DNA of 63,046 bases, filler included, from Octopus bimaculoides (taxonomy: Eukaryota), in the NCBI RefSeq assembly GCF_001194135.2. It is 4 parts of 4 records of this genome, joined end to end, with 100 filler letters (N's around TTAATTAATTAA, not from the genome) between each part and the next. Parts side by side here need not be neighbours in the genome. Positions count along the whole stretch, not along the records: positions 1 to 26,247 come from NC_068984.1; positions 26,348 to 55,467 come from NC_069002.1; 2 more parts are not named here. One strand, 5' to 3'. Shown piece by piece: positions 14,205-28,033 of this stretch. How positions within the stretch are numbered: position 1 is the stretch's first letter; each line of letters begins with the position of its first letter. Made by a program: the position numbers and the translations under genes. The notes below the pieces were generated by a model. That model was not told the DNA's origin. It made no database searches and saw only the letters and a list, made by a program, of their open reading frames with translations.

Positions 14205-14373
14205 GGTCATTTTGTCTGTCATTACTTTCTTAATTCAAATTCCGCCGAGGTCGACTTTACCTTGCATTCTTTCGGGGTCTATAAATTAAGTACCAGTTAC
14301 CTACTGCCATCGATCTAATCGACTGGCCCCCTCCTCCAAAATTTCGGACCTTGTGCCTAGAGTAGAAAAGATA
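14205..14373 (+). mobile_element. SINE family A, 5'-truncated
   Basis: ttcaaattccgccgaggtcgacttt...gatctaatcgactggcccc...gtgcctagagtagaaaagat. Confidence 0.75.
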
Positions 14374-15049
14374 TTCATTCTGTACGTCTAATCTGTAGTT
14401 ATTCCGATTAAAGTATGTAGTTTAAGTAATACATATAATAGAAGGGTCAATTTCCTACTCGTGTCACCACAAGTAACTGAAATAAAATATTGAATAAACC
14501 AAAACGAAAGAGTCTAAAATAATCTTGCAGAATTTTAACATTAATTAGCTATCTTCATAACTAAATGAAACAAGACAATCTCAATGGAGTCAGGGTATAT
14601 GTTGAAATTTACAGTGCGATTTTACTACAACCATGATACAAAAATAAATAAATGCGTTGTTTACAAGTAACATAAAGTAAAAAGGGTTCACTCCAAATAG
14701 AAAGGCTTGTTGTTTATTGTTTGCCTTCAAAAAATAACTGGGAGGTAGGGTACGTTGGATAATTTGAACACTACAGTCATACGTTATAGTCCTATTATAC
14801 ACAAAATAGCTATGCAACAAAAACAGACCCTATAAAGGAGACAACATATGCATATATAAGAGCTGATTGAAAATATGTGAAGTGAGGAAAATAACACGGC
14901 GAACACTTTTGCGAATGTACAGATATTTATTATGAATAATAACTAGATCTCTAAAGGAAAATGAAACAGAAAATGTCTTAGGAACAATATTCACTGAAAA
15001 AGAAAAGCTGCAAACACTTAAGAAAAATGATCACCAAGGAAATTATCAC

Positions 15050-15920
15050 AATAGAATCCTAACATATAAAACAGATAGTAATCCATACAAGAAAAGAATT
15101 ACCTCATATACAATAGCCGGTTCTAAAATACAATGAAAATACTACAGCGCCTATCACACATGAAACAAACAAGGCGTTACAGCAAAGAAAACAAAGCAAA
15201 GACTAATTCATAGAATAATATGAAAAATTGCTGAAGATTACGAAGAATCCCAATGGAAACATTCAAGCAAATACGACAAATACGATTCAATGGTACTGGA
15301 ATGGAATATAGAACAAGAATCTTCGACACAATAAAAATACACAATGAATCAGACACAAAGAGAAGTGTAAAATGTAATAACATAGATAGCAGAGCCTATT
15401 ATAAACGGAAAAGAACTCATTCGCATATTAGCAACCACATATAAATGAAGAGATCCAACGGTTGATAAGCTCTGCAATTGTCACTAAATCCCTCTCATCA
15501 ATGATATATGGTAACAGCATTCATTGAACTCGTAAGTAGACTAGAAAAAACATGTGAAGGTTTTCTGGTGGTAGGGAATAATATCAACTCCTAACGCAAA
15601 AATAGCAGTGATTTCCACCTCCACTAAAACAAATATCAAGAAAAGAAATGGATAGATAGATAAATTATTGAAATACATATCCGTACATAGAGTTAAACAG
15701 AATATAGTAGAGAAAAAAAAATCAACCTTATAATAATAGTGTAATGGAAATAACTGAGAAATAGGTATTTAAAGAAATTCATTACTAAAAATTACACGAC
15801 TATAATACCAAGGTACTAAAAATGGCGCTAGAAAGCTCATTAATCACATTAGAATGCTTTCAGTACAATAGAAAATATGAAACTAAGCCAGAGCATTAAG
15901 CAAGTCTCGTAGAATTGTTT
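15050..15920 (+). pseudogene. Possible highly degenerate non-LTR (RTE-like) RT relic
   Basis: A-rich coding-like stretch with traces such as IINGKELIRIL...EEIQRLISSA; no diagnostic motif intact. Confidence 0.25.
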
Positions 15921-17608
15921 CGCTGTTAAATAATGGTACTCAATTAAAATTAAATTAATAAGTATTACCTAGAAGGGAGTGACTTCTCGACTAACTCGGG
16001 CTTGGCATTTTGCTCTTTGCGGTCCCCGCGTCGGATGAAAATGCTGATGTAGATACCAACAAAGAACAAGACTACGTCAAAGAATAGGCTTTCAGAATCA
16101 ACGAAAGGATATTTTACCTATAGCTGAACAATGAAATGTAACATCAGGAGAATGGTGTGCCAAATGCCGAAATAGCTGGGAACTTGAGAAACATTTGTCA
16201 AGTTTTAGTTTTTTTATAAAACTCAGACATTAAAGGCAGTCAGGTGCATCCCACTTCAGGAATGGTTTCTATTAATTTAAAAGTTTTTAATTTTCAGTTT
16301 CGGCGCAAGCAAATGTGTTGGAAATGTTGATAAAGAATCTTTGACCGTCTCTGTGCTTAATGTCACCTGATGCATGTTGCACTGAAAATATAAACGATTC
16401 CACTTAGAAATGAGGGGCTAGAATTGTGAAAGCGATTCCAACGGTAGTTGGCAAGGTTATTCACCATAATAATACGCTAAACTACCTCTTATATCGTATT
16501 CTGATTTTTTTCTTCTGGAGAGTAAATCCTCAAATAGTCTTTGATATCATACAACATCCAGGTTGTATTAACTTTCACTTCGCTTTCATTATAGAATATA
16601 CATCTGGACACTGCTATAGTTTTCAGGGTCTCGACAACGCCTGACCACTTTGAAGTACATATTCTTACAATTTCACTCTGCTCTTAAGATTTGCCTGCAT
16701 GATACCACATGTAATTCTATTCGTCCAATTGTTCCGGATTTCGCACTTGACTTATTGCTGGATATATACTATGGAAACTTTCTTTAGAATTATCTACCTT
16801 GCAGGAACTATAGCTACTTTTCATAAATAAAAATTGCCCACGATTTCATACACCTCACCTACATCCACGGAACAGACATCTTACAATACATCGGATAAAT
16901 TTACTTCTTGGTCCACTTTCGAGGGGATATAGAAAGTAACTTTTTACAAAAGAATTGTGATTCTTTTTTGGCAAATTCGTTAAGGAAGGCACACCTGTGC
17001 CTAATTTTACTAATGACTGCAATTTGTGATAATCTTTAAGATATTCTTACTGCCCACGAAGTACAAATTTTAGCACACTTCTTTCAGTTTTTGTTTTCAA
17101 ATACCAATTCTTTGCATAGGTAATAGTTTTTGCTTCGTGTCTTTCTCTGTTCTACTTTGTTTTTTTCAAATCTGTATATTTCCAAAGCAATGGCGATGAA
17201 ATGATTGTCACGACCTCTGTAACCTCTGTCCTGTGAGTTTCACTGGCAGTATCATATTTGTGGCTATTTCGTATAATGAATAAGTAATACAAATTACAAT
17301 CATTCACAAACACCACAACAACAGTAGTAATAAAGATGCTAATGACAAGCTGAAAGATGCAATATACAATATCAAGAGCATTCAGATGAATTGTGTATAA
17401 GAAGATTTTAAATGAATTTGAGAAATGTGAGTCTGTACAATTCATGAAATTCATCCTTACATTTTAGACAACATGCTTTTGGTGGAGATTCGTTTTTGTC
17501 ATCAATAGGTTTTTTTGTGCAAAATGATATTTAATCACTTGCTGCGTAGTAATCTTGAAGTCACACTCTTTTCGAAACAATATATAATACAAGGTTTCCC
17601 TTATTTTC

Positions 17609-17828
17609 AATATTCTTTTCTACTTTAGGCACAAGGCTCGAAATCTTTAGGGTGGGGTCCAGTCCATTAGATCGACCCAACTACACAACTGGTACTTAAT
17701 TTATCGACCCCAAAAGGATGAAAGGCAATGTCAACCTCGGGGGAATTTGAACACAGAACGTAAAGACAAATGAAATACTGCTAAGCATTTCACCCGAAGT
17801 GCTAACGTTTCTGCCAGCTCGCCGCCCT
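17609..17828 (-). mobile_element. SINE family A, near full length
   Basis: The reverse complement begins agggcggcgagctggcagaaacgttagcac and ends gtgcctaaagtagaaaagaatatt. Confidence 0.85.
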
Positions 17829-18779
17829 CCTTATTTTCGACATTTCAACATATACAGACAAGAAAGTACCAATTCAATTTGTGATAAGTACTTTGTTACA
17901 GAGTGACTGAAATGAAAATCGAAGTTTTTTTGTTTGAATTTTTCAGACGAAAATATGTTCGTAGAGAAAACCATTTCGATAAGTAGAGTTACAAACATTA
18001 CACAGTATTATAATTCTGTAGAAATAATAGACTATGATTTTGCTGTTGATTTGTAGCTAGTAGTGAGTTAGTGACAGTTATTAGAATTTCGACTGCAGGA
18101 ATAACGTAGAACATACTAAAATTGTGGAAGTCGAGTTCTCTGCCCGCTTCAAATATTATAGATTATCACATTCTATATTTTAGAATTGGCTTTAATGTAT
18201 TGAAAATACATATATATTTCGTTCACCATTTGTTTCGTGTTAGATGCGCACAATTTGTATAACAATAAGAATTGAAAGAGAAAATGAATAAATTTGGGCA
18301 ATACTGAATGTATAAAGACGTTCTAAGCAGGAAATGCAAGAAAAAGATGGTTTTAGGTCGATTTCTTTTTACCATTAACAAGATTCAATGGTCTATAAAG
18401 TATCTAAGAGCTATTTGAATGCAGTTTCTTACTAGATTTATCAAATATCTTTGTTGTATATCTTTCAAACATTTCATACGCATTCCAATAAATGATTCTA
18501 GAGAAATATCTATCTGAGAAGAATCAAAAATATGTCTGCAACTGCCAAACATTTATCGTAGTGTGTTATTGATTAGGAACATAGGTTTATTATTATTGTT
18601 GTTGTAGTTGTTATTGTTAAGATGTTGAGCTAGCAGAATCGTTAGCAAGTTACACATAATATTGAACAACGATTCTTCCGCGTCTTTAGGTTCCGAGTTC
18701 ATTTTCCGCCAGAAAAAGTGACAAGTGAAATAAATATAACTTCCATGTACACATCAACACAAACTAAAGACCATCTTCG

Positions 18780-19075
18780 GTCATGAATGACCATGGAATT
18801 GCACCCAGAAAGTTAGCCCGAGGCAGAGTGTTTTGTGGAAGACCAGCAGTCGCCAATGCATACCAGCCTCATCTGGGATGTTCTCCAAGAGAATGGCAAA
18901 AGCCGATATAGCTTGGTACCAGTGACGTCGCAACTCACTTCTACAGTTGAGTGAACTAGAGCAACGTGAAATAATGTATCTTGCCCAAGAACACAACACA
19001 GCCTGGTCTGGATCGAACTCATTACCTCATGATTGTGAGCCCGATGCTGTAACCACTGAGCCATAACTCTTCACG
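18780..19075 (-). mobile_element. SINE family C (tRNA head, CORE-like block, RTE-like tail)
   Basis: Minus strand: tggctcagtggttacagcatcgggctcacaatcatgaggtaatgagttcgatcc...gttcttgggcaagatacattatttcacgttgc; tail shared with 48339-48560. Confidence 0.8.
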
Positions 19076-19593
19076 CAAACTTAAATGCAATAAAAACAGT
19101 AAACTACAAAACTTGCAAAGTGGAAACTGGTTCGCAAATATATATAGTAAACTTGACGCAGGTTTTTATCCTGCTCTGTCTACTCTAATACACATATCTT
19201 CCGAAAGTTTTACTCCGCTGATTTCTAATTTCTTCCTTCTCATTTCTAGACAGCCCACTTATGCAGAACAAAGAACATTCGGATGTCTTATAAGACCATT
19301 CGCACAACTGGAACAAGTGAATAAATTTGATCTCTGCCATCCCTATAACGTTACAGATCGGCTGTGAACAGTAAGTAGGTAATTTATCTCATACACTTTA
19401 GCAGGCTATAATCAGTTCGCATGTTCTCCAAAACTAGTATTAGTGGCAACATCTTATCAATGAATAGCAATAGTGACGAGAAGTCACACACAGAAAAAAA
19501 AAATTCCCTTGATGTCGACCTGTCAAAGATTTCTCTCTCATGGTGTGAAAAGTAACTTTCAATTACTTATAATGTTGTTGATTAGACCAATCA

Positions 19594-19900
19594 TAAGAGG
19601 GTCGACTGAAAAGCTCATTGGCTAACCAAGACAGTCACATGGAATCTGATCACATTACGTTACTTTTTAAACATAGTCTCCACGCGGTCGACAATGCTTC
19701 TTATATCGGTGTTGTAGTACTTGGATCCCATTAGTGAAGACGCTGTCATCCTGTTAGTAAAAAAAAAGTCATTATGAACAGATATGCGATAGTGATTACC
19801 AGTCAAATATATATTTTTCATGTTGGGGATCAGTTGATAATCACATAAGGCCAAATCAGGAGAATAGAGAGAGTGAAAACATTCTTTTGAACACCAGACA
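19594..19900 (-). pseudogene. mariner transposase C-terminal relic with 3' TIR
   Basis: SPDLALCDYQLIPNMK...FTNGIQVLQHRY...GDYV; the TIR-like gaggg..ctgaaaagctc resembles the TIR of the MITE at 32718. Confidence 0.7.
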
Positions 19901-20544
19901 CAAGTGTTTCGGGAAAATCCTCACTCAAAGCACTGTCTCTGAAACTCTCTGAAACTGAGTATATAGCTGAAACGTAATTCTACTGAGTCAAGATATTTGA
20001 CCCATATAAACGATACATTGCTTCACATCCTTATCTGTGAACAAACAAGGAGTGAGGTTATATATTTCTTCATCTTTAAAAGTCAGAGTTTACTCTCATA
20101 CAAGTTAATTGCTGCTATTTGTCGGGGTAGGTTTTATGAGTCACTATCATTTGTTTACAAACTGATTAAGAAGTATAAAATCTATTAAACCAAAACATGA
20201 TATGACAGAAAAGCAGGGCAACTGGTTGAGACACTGAACGTGACGTTATCGACTTACACGTTGTCATCTTTGCAGACGTGTGTGAGCAGTAAGTGCAGAA
20301 ATGAGAGAAACAAAGATGGGACTGGGTGGCTACGGATCTGCATGGATATGACAGGCCTGAATACTTCACCGAATACATGCCTATTCGGGAGCTGTTTAAA
20401 TTCTGTTGTGAGTTGAGGTGGAGAGAAAAGCATGGCTGAGATTACGAAATAGTTCACAGAAATACAGATTTTTTTCTTTATGCCCTTAACCCTCCAACGC
20501 AGAGTATAGGCCACTTAAAATTGAATTCCATGTCGCATAAATTT

Positions 20545-20820
20545 TCACTTCCGTACTTATACTCTGCCATGAATGTTCCCTTTCTCTAGTTCCTTTTGTG
20601 TTGATCTACGCCACGAGTTCTTATGCCTACCCCTCTTTCTATATCCATCCGGATTCCACTGTAAAGCACTTTTCGCTACATTTGGTGTGCCTTTTCTAAT
20701 TGTGCTACCAATCCACTTTCACTTTTTCTTAAATATTTACTCCCTAATCGAAACTTGATCCGTTCTTTGCCATAGCTCCATATTGCTTATGTGTTCGGGC
20801 CATCTAATGTATCCACACTT
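20545..20820 (-). pseudogene. RTE-clade LINE 3' coding relic
   Basis: IRWPEHISNMELWQRTDQ...KWIG...ALQWNPDGYRKRGRHKNSWRRS, the typical RTE C-terminal pattern. Confidence 0.8.
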
Positions 20821-20921
20821 AAATCTATTGTTATTTATCTATCTGTCCCTTTGTCTTTCTGTCTGTCTCTTTGCCTATCTTTCAACGTAGCTACGCACGC
20901 ACACGTACACAGCTATATATA

Positions 20922-21159
20922 TATTGGGGTTACCCATAAGTAGTGTCGCATTTCATGCAATGATTTCAGCATGGAACACCGTAGATACATTTATTCATTC
21001 AATATATGACATCGTTAGCAATAATGTTTCCCCTTCTCAAATCCAGTTTTTCATTCCTGGGGGACAAAAGAAATCAGGTTCTTCAGAAGAAAACAAATGT
21101 TTAGAGTGCATCTTTCTGAAGGATTTTCCGCAGGTAAAATGATCAGGTAACCCAAAATA
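20922..21159 (-). mobile_element. mariner-derived short element with TIRs
   Basis: tattggggttacc...ggtaacccaaaata; the interior reads like a mariner C-terminus on the minus strand. Confidence 0.55.
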
Positions 21160-22398
21160 TAGTGATCTTTCGCTACGTTAAACAATGATACGATGTGTCA
21201 CATCGCTCATGCTACATACGTTACGATTCACGATGTAACATAATAACCTCTTCCAAATGTTCCTATATGAAGTGACACGGTGCAAGTTAGAACAATTGAT
21301 GTGTTTACACTACTACCCATTTAATTTTGATGGCTTTGCACTTGCGAGAATCGTATAGCATTCTCTTTGCAACAGTGTTTCAATGAGCAGCTCATTTGGT
21401 GATACATTCTGATAATAAATTCCATTAGACCGATTTAAGAACTACTGCTGTAGGGGTTTTATTAGTAATGGAAATTATTCATTTGTATTTATCAAAACGA
21501 CTCGACTTAGAATTTTGGCAGGCGCATTTCTCTTTTATGTCATTCGATCAACGTACTTTGTGTTGTAGATTCTATTGTTATTCAATGGCATAATTGTCTG
21601 CTTACCTGGGATCGCAAAACAGTTGTTTTGCATATTTTTCTTGTTGAATAATGCATGAGGATTATTCTCTTTGTGGAAATATAAATTTAAGGGCAGGATT
21701 TCTTCCATCACGCCAAGTAAACATTTTGTCGTAAAAACTGCGTCCATTTAGATCATATAACTGTCCGTTGAGGTGGTATTTGTTTTCGATAGTGTAGCGG
21801 GGGTACTTGCATGTTATTTTATGGTTGAAATAGGTACGCGAATTTTCTCACTACAAATGGATCCCAAACTTGTGAAAAGTTGATTTGAAAGAGGAGAAAC
21901 TGAACCTATATGCATATATAGTTTCTTAGCTAATTCACAGCATCCATATTAGAATACACTCAAATCCTTCGATGTCTCCTAACATATACATACACAAACA
22001 AACACACATGTTGTAAACTAATTTATAAACGCCGCATGTGACGATAAATTCCGACTAATTATAATGCTACTCGATCCTCTGTCCTCACAACTCCCTTGCG
22101 TTCACAAATTCCTTTATCTCCTATAGACTACCGATACATGTGGCGCTTATAAATTTATTTGCAAAATGTTCTCACGTCATAATTATCAGGAGTCACTTAG
22201 TTTAAGGGTTTAGAGCGTTTAGCCGGAAATTGATATGTGCCCATTTCGATTCCTTGTGGATGCTTGCCGATCCCATTTTTAGCCCCCATCTTCTAAAGGA
22301 GTATTTACCCGATTCTGTAAGCTGTCCTCACAACTTTCCTGCTTTCGCGAATTTCTTTATTTTCTGTGTATATATTTATGCATACACAGTTTTGTATA

Positions 22399-23546
22399 TA
22401 TGAGACTAGCTACGAAAGTAAAATATAAGTTGGTACAAATTTACATTAACTAACATAAGCCGTTCAAATTCAGATGTTGCCGAAGTAATTCTAACTGAAA
22501 GTAACTTTTCTTCCTGTTCTTCTTCACTGCAGCCATGAAAAGAATTCCACTTAGAAGCTATATGATATTTTTGAATTCTTGAAAATGGAGGAGTGCAAAC
22601 TGTTGACACACTCAGACGGTTACGAAGTTTTTACAACATTAGCAACAACAATGTGCACAGATGAATGAAGAATTGAAGATAAGTGGAAACTTTCAATTAA
22701 AACCACTAACACAAAATCGCCATCGAAAAGGCGAACTGATTCGCACGGATATAGGAGCTACAGTCCTTGTGGTTGCAGTACAACTGGACAGTAAACCCAT
22801 TGCTTTTATATAAGATAGGGCAGAGTACGTGTATTGGAAAGTTTGCACAAAATGGATATCTCAGCCAGCGAGGTAAATAACTGTTTTGACCTGCTGGAGG
22901 CTTTTGAAAATAAAAATGCAGTGCATCGGATCTGATTGCGCGGGAGGGATGATCGAAGTAAATTTATGATCTCGGGATAAAGGCTCAGTACATGGAATTG
23001 AATTGTTTCTCTTTTATTGGTTGTAAAAAATTCAAGAGTTTGCGATCGGCAAAGACTGTTTTGGAGGGGGAAAAGGTCGTTGATCTTTTTGATTTCCGGG
23101 AACGTGGCAGTACCATAAAGAGTGAGTGGTACACAGAGACACTCAAAAAGCTTAGAAAGGCGATTAGGGAAAACACTCCCAGCAAGGGTCTGAAAACGAT
23201 GTCTATTCATCGTGACAAATATTTGAAAATAAAACTAGTAATTACCAAATAGTAATGTTCAATGACCACCCCCATAGATCGTACAGACCGAGTCTGGTGA
23301 CGTCCGACATGTTCCCATTTGGACCAATAAAAACAATCTTCATTGACAACGATTCTCAGACATACTTAAGAGGAAACTATTCATGATCTGCGTTCAATAA
23401 TGCAAATCTGAAACTTTATCGAAGATGATGAAAGAATCACGAACATGGTGAAAAAGCATCTAGTGTGATAGAATCTACGTCTCTTAATATTCCTGTGTAC
23501 ATGAAAAATTACTGTAACTACACGGTTCAATTTGAACGACTTTTGT
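22399..23546 (+). pseudogene. Near full-length degenerate mariner element
   Basis: TA-tgagactagctacgaaagt TIR-like start; GVQTVDTLRRL; DFRERGSTIKSEWYTETLKKLRKAIR; an HPPYSPDL-like region near 23265-23325. Confidence 0.75.
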
Positions 23547-23579
23547 CAGTCACTAAATAATGCAAAAAACATTGGCATT

Positions 23580-23845
23580 CTGATCAATGGAACAACCTGA
23601 TCCTGAGATTAACGTGCAAGTGGATGAGCGTTCCAGAGATACGCGTGCCCTTAAGGTAGCTCTCAAGGGGATTCAACGTGGCACAGACAAGGGTGTCTCT
23701 TTAAAACAACTGATGTTTGCAAGCTGGTTGGACTGGAGCGACGTGAAATAATGTGACTTGTTCAAGGACACGACGCATCGCCGCTAATAGAAATAATGAT
23801 CTTACGTTCGTGAGTTCAATACCCTAACCAGCAAGTCATGTACTT
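23580..23845 (-). mobile_element. SINE (family C head, tail shared with 36600), degenerate
   Basis: attaacgtgcaagtgg...cccttaaggtagctctc tail plus gactggagcgacgtgaaataatgtgacttgttcaaggacac core. Confidence 0.65.
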
Positions 23846-23900
23846 TCACTTTATAGATACTTCTGCTCTCTTTCGCATTGCTTTCGGTTTAAACTTCGGG

Positions 23901-23975
<75 letters not shown>

Positions 23976-24950
23976 ACACACACACACACACGTATGTGCA
24001 AACATATAAACTATATACATATATTATATACATTGTATATCAGCGAAGTGAAATCCGTTCCACCTAAAGGTATACATAAGAGGTATTTCCTATTTGTAAT
24101 GCAAGAAATGTTGAAATACCTGATTTGGATAGGGTTTACATCAATTGCGTTTTTGCATTTTTTATTTAATAAAGAAATATCAAAAATAGTATATTGTCTA
24201 GAAATATAATTTCATCCATTCACTTTAGGAAGAAGGCAACAGTGTGGTGTACATGAAATACATTTCATAGTTTTAATAGCTTTAATTGCATATGATTCAA
24301 AAGCAGCACACAGCTTACTGTCTAGGCAATTTATTTTATTGATTTACAATAAATGCACCGGTTCTTTCTACTTCATTGCAATTTGCATCTAGAATAATTG
24401 GAACGGTCTTTATTGTAAGAAAGTTGCAGCTGTGTAACAGTTTATGTTCTTAAAGGAAGAAAAAGAATAGAAAAATAAAAATATAAAGTTTTTCCATGAA
24501 AGCGTGGGAAACAAGTAAATTAAAAGAAATATTTTCAAAAATACGCTTGATCAAATGCCAAAAGTACGGTTGCAGTTTGGAAACGATGGAATTATTTGCG
24601 ATAAATACAGAAACAGGAAACAAGGAATGCAATATATATTAAAATGCATTTATCTAAAGTCTCAATAATTAAAAAAAAAAAATCGAAATATTCCAGTGAT
24701 CGATTTTATAGTAGCATTATGGATACGGTAAAAGAAAGCACGGAGCTAAATATTTGAAAGTGCATTTCATACCATTTCATTAGATCAAGATGACGATGCT
24801 TGAATCCAATGGCCGGTTAGTTGAAACAATGATTCCATAAATAAAATAGGCCCTAGATTTGGTTGGGCGGTTCTTTTCGTAAATAATCTGAGATTTAGTT
24901 TATTGAGAAATATGCATAAAGACATCTATCTATCTCTTTATCTCTCTGTA

Positions 24951-25830
24951 CAGGGTGTGGTGAACAAATTGTCGTCTAAATTATCCAAAAATAAAAATAA
25001 CATGAGCATCTCATTTTAAAAGATATATTTGCCATAATTACATAAAAATATTTTCAAATACTAAAGAGTAAATTTATTCAATAAAACCGCCATTGGCTTC
25101 AACCACGGTCTCCAGAAGGCTTCTGAATCTCCTGCAACTCTTCTGTACTGCTTCCTTGTTTAAGTTGCTGAATGCTGTCAAGATCGTTGCCTTCAATTAA
25201 TCTTTGGTGTTACAAGGGGTTTCGTTGGTCTCTCGCTCAACTGCGCCCCACACATAATAATCAAGGGGGTTACAGTCTGGGAAGTTAGGTGGCCAGATGT
25301 TAGGGGTAATGTGGTCTCAAAATTTGTCTGACAGCCAAGACTGGGTTCTTCTACGAGCGCGGCATGGTGCAGAGTCCTGTTGTTAGACACAGGGTCTTCC
25401 AGCAGCCACCCTCTTGACCCAGGGCAGCACAACATCTTCCAGGCACTTGATGTAGGCCTCCGTGTTGAGTCCGAGGCGGTGTGCGAAGATGAATGGAGGC
25501 ATAACGTCGTCATTATAAGTGATCACTCCAAACACCATTATGTTTGATTTCTATTACTCTCGGTATAAGTCGTCAGATTGCACTCTTCTCCGATTGACAG
25601 CCAAACACTCTCAAATGTTCGTATTGGAGCTTCCTTCGTGAATGACAAGAAGTACAGCATATCGGTTCCAAATTTCTGGCTGAGTAAATTGCGTCATGCT
25701 AGTGTTTTCTCACAGAGGGTGCCCATCTGACCCTACTATAAAATGTAGTCGACAGAATAAAAACAAACAATGCGCATGCTCAAAATGAAAAAGTATAAAA
25801 TGGCCACAATTTACCTATCGTACCATATAT
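24951..25830 (-). mobile_element. Internally deleted Tc1/mariner DD37D (maT-type) element
   Basis: QQDSAPC...SWLSDKF*DHITPNIWPPNFPDCNPLDYYVWGAVERETN with 37 residues between the last two D; TA|CAGGGTG end at 24951 and a degenerate partner TIR near 25805-25830. Confidence 0.8.
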
Positions 25831-25974
25831 ATACATATATATACATATATGCATACACGTGCACTCATATATAGAAAACACACACGTATATATAGGGATA
25901 TATATATATATATATACATGTATATATGTATATACATTTATATATGTATAGGTATGCATATACATGTATATATA

Positions 25975-26150
25975 TAGGGAGAATTCACAAAAAAACAAAA
26001 GACAAAGACAGGTGGTGTAGACAACAAACGTATTAATTTAACGCTCGGGAAATGAAAAAGCCGTTAACGTTTCGAGCCTACGCTCTTCCACAGAAAGGAA
26101 CACAGAAAGAAACAAGAGAGAAAATAAAGAATGTGTAGTGGCTAGCGACA
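25975..26150 (-). mobile_element. PLE-type non-coding repeat carrying a variant hammerhead (copy 1)
   Basis: Homologous to 56710-56890; minus strand CUGUGGA-A-GAGC-GUAG-GCUC-GAAAC-GUU. Confidence 0.6.
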
Positions 26151-26215
26151 AAAAAGTTTAGAAAATACAAAAAAGCTAAGAAGAACTGCAACATTCTGTT
26201 GCATATAAAGTTTAC

Positions 26216-26247
<32 letters not shown>

Positions 26248-26361
26248 NNNNNNNNNNNNNNNNNNNNNNNNNNNNNNNNNNNNNNNNNNNNTTAATTAAT
26301 TAANNNNNNNNNNNNNNNNNNNNNNNNNNNNNNNNNNNNNNNNNNNNTATATATATATATA

Positions 26362-26529
26362 TGGGCGTGGCTGTGTGGTCAGAAGCTTGCTTCCCAACCA
26401 TTTGGTTCCGGGTTCAGTTTCACTGCGTGGCACCTTGGGCAAGTGTCTTCTACTATAGCCTAGGGCCGACTAAAAAACCTTGTGAGTGAATTTGGTGGAT
26501 GGAAACTGAAAGAAACCCGTTGTGTGTGT

Positions 26530-26618
<89 letters not shown>

Positions 26619-26798
26619 GGTGTCTGTGTTTGTCCTCCCACCACCATCGCTTGACAATCGATGTTGGTGTGCTTATGTCCCCGAACCCTAGAGGTTCGGC
26701 AAAAGATCCCGATGGAATAAGTCCTGGGGTAGATTTCTTCGATTAAAGGTGGTGCTCCAGCATGGCCACAGTCAAACGACCGAAACGTGTAAAAGAAT
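26362..26798 (+). mobile_element. SINE family B, full length with internal (TG)n/(TA)n
   Basis: gggcgtggctgtgtggtcagaagc...ggttccgggttcag...ggcaccttgggcaagtgtctt...catggccacagtcaaacgaccgaaacgtgtaaaag. Confidence 0.85.
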
Positions 26799-27439
26799 AT
26801 ACATATAGATAGATATAGAACTATAGGTTTGACAAGATCTTTGTATACGTGTGTGTATATGTACGATTATAGATTTTACTAGATCTGTGTGTGTGTGTGT
26901 GTGTATGTGTGTGTGTATTTAGGGCTACATGTTTACTTAGATCTGTCTAAATGTGTATATGTAGATGCGGAAGTAAAGTGTGAAAGAAATAGGAGTGAAG
27001 AGATTTATAAAAGAAGATGTGAGTAGGGGAAAGGCTTGAGTGAGTATTTAGTGCTAGAATATGAAATTTCTTGTTATTCCTATCCTAATATGTATTTTTT
27101 AAGCGAGGAAAATAGAGTCAAGCGGATTAAGACAGAAATCATAAAAGCAAATGGAGATATATTGATGATTATATAAAGTTGTATTAATAATTCTAAGAAC
27201 ATATTCGCATCTATCTAGCTGCTGTAGTGCTATTTGTGTTGCTCGACTTACTGGCAACAANNNNNNNNNNNNNNNNNNNNNNNNNNNNNNNNNNNNNNNN
27301 NNNNNNNNNNNNNNNNNNNNNNNNNNNNNNNNNNNNNNNNNNNNNNNNNNNNNNNNNNNNATATATATATATATACATTGAATGACAATAAACTTAGTGT
27401 CTATTAAAATACATTTCAATTTAAAAATATAATAGAATC

Positions 27440-27995
27440 TACAGACAGAATCTAATCTTTTTATGAACGCCTTTTTTCAAACTGACGACCGTTCTGGTCC
27501 AGGCACTGCTGATAACACAAAGCAATGGAATCGCAAGTATCAGAAAACATTTCGTTTGGTATTTGTATGCATTCTGATTCAATGGCTACTGTTAATTCGT
27601 CGACGGCTGCAGTTTTTGTAAAATAAATTTTACCTTTAATGTATGCTCATAAATATGTGTAGTGCTGCGATGTCCGATTAACGCGGAGAGTATTCTACTG
27701 AATCTCTTCATCTAATCCATTGGTTTGGCAAAATCTCTTCAGGGCAGGCCCTTACGTTACCGTGGCGGTTTAGAGATGCACCGTGTTGCTGGAAATAAAA
27801 ATCTTCATCTTCAATGTCCTCTTGAACGCTTGGTGTGACAGATTGTCGCATCAAGTTCAAGTTAATGGGTCCTGTGACAGCACCATTAAGAAAAGAATGG
27901 TCCAATTGATCCTGTTGATGACAAGCCGCATCTTGGAGATAATCAACGGCAGCATTCGTCCCATTTTTTGGACTGTCACGTTGGCTTGGCTATAA
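27440..27995 (-). pseudogene. Tc1/mariner transposase C-terminal relic, rosa/DD41D-like
   Basis: FYFQQHGAS...[16 protein letters not shown]...EYSPR*SD...AIESEC.QIPNEM...CLDQNGRQFE; spacing and the RWIG-type motif fit DD41D, but the catalytic residues are mutated. Confidence 0.7.
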
Positions 27996-27998
27996 CTA

Positions 27999-28033
<35 letters not shown>

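Noticed and set aside
21606-21850. Candidate minus-strand exon ending at a strong CAG|GTAAGC donor
   Set aside because: The best acceptors give in-frame stops, the peptide is unrecognised and no partner exons were found.
26292-26303. TTAATTAATTAA islands inside N runs (also 55512-55523 and 61056-61067)
   Set aside because: An identical 12-mer with stops in all six frames and identical N padding: an assembly linker, not biology.
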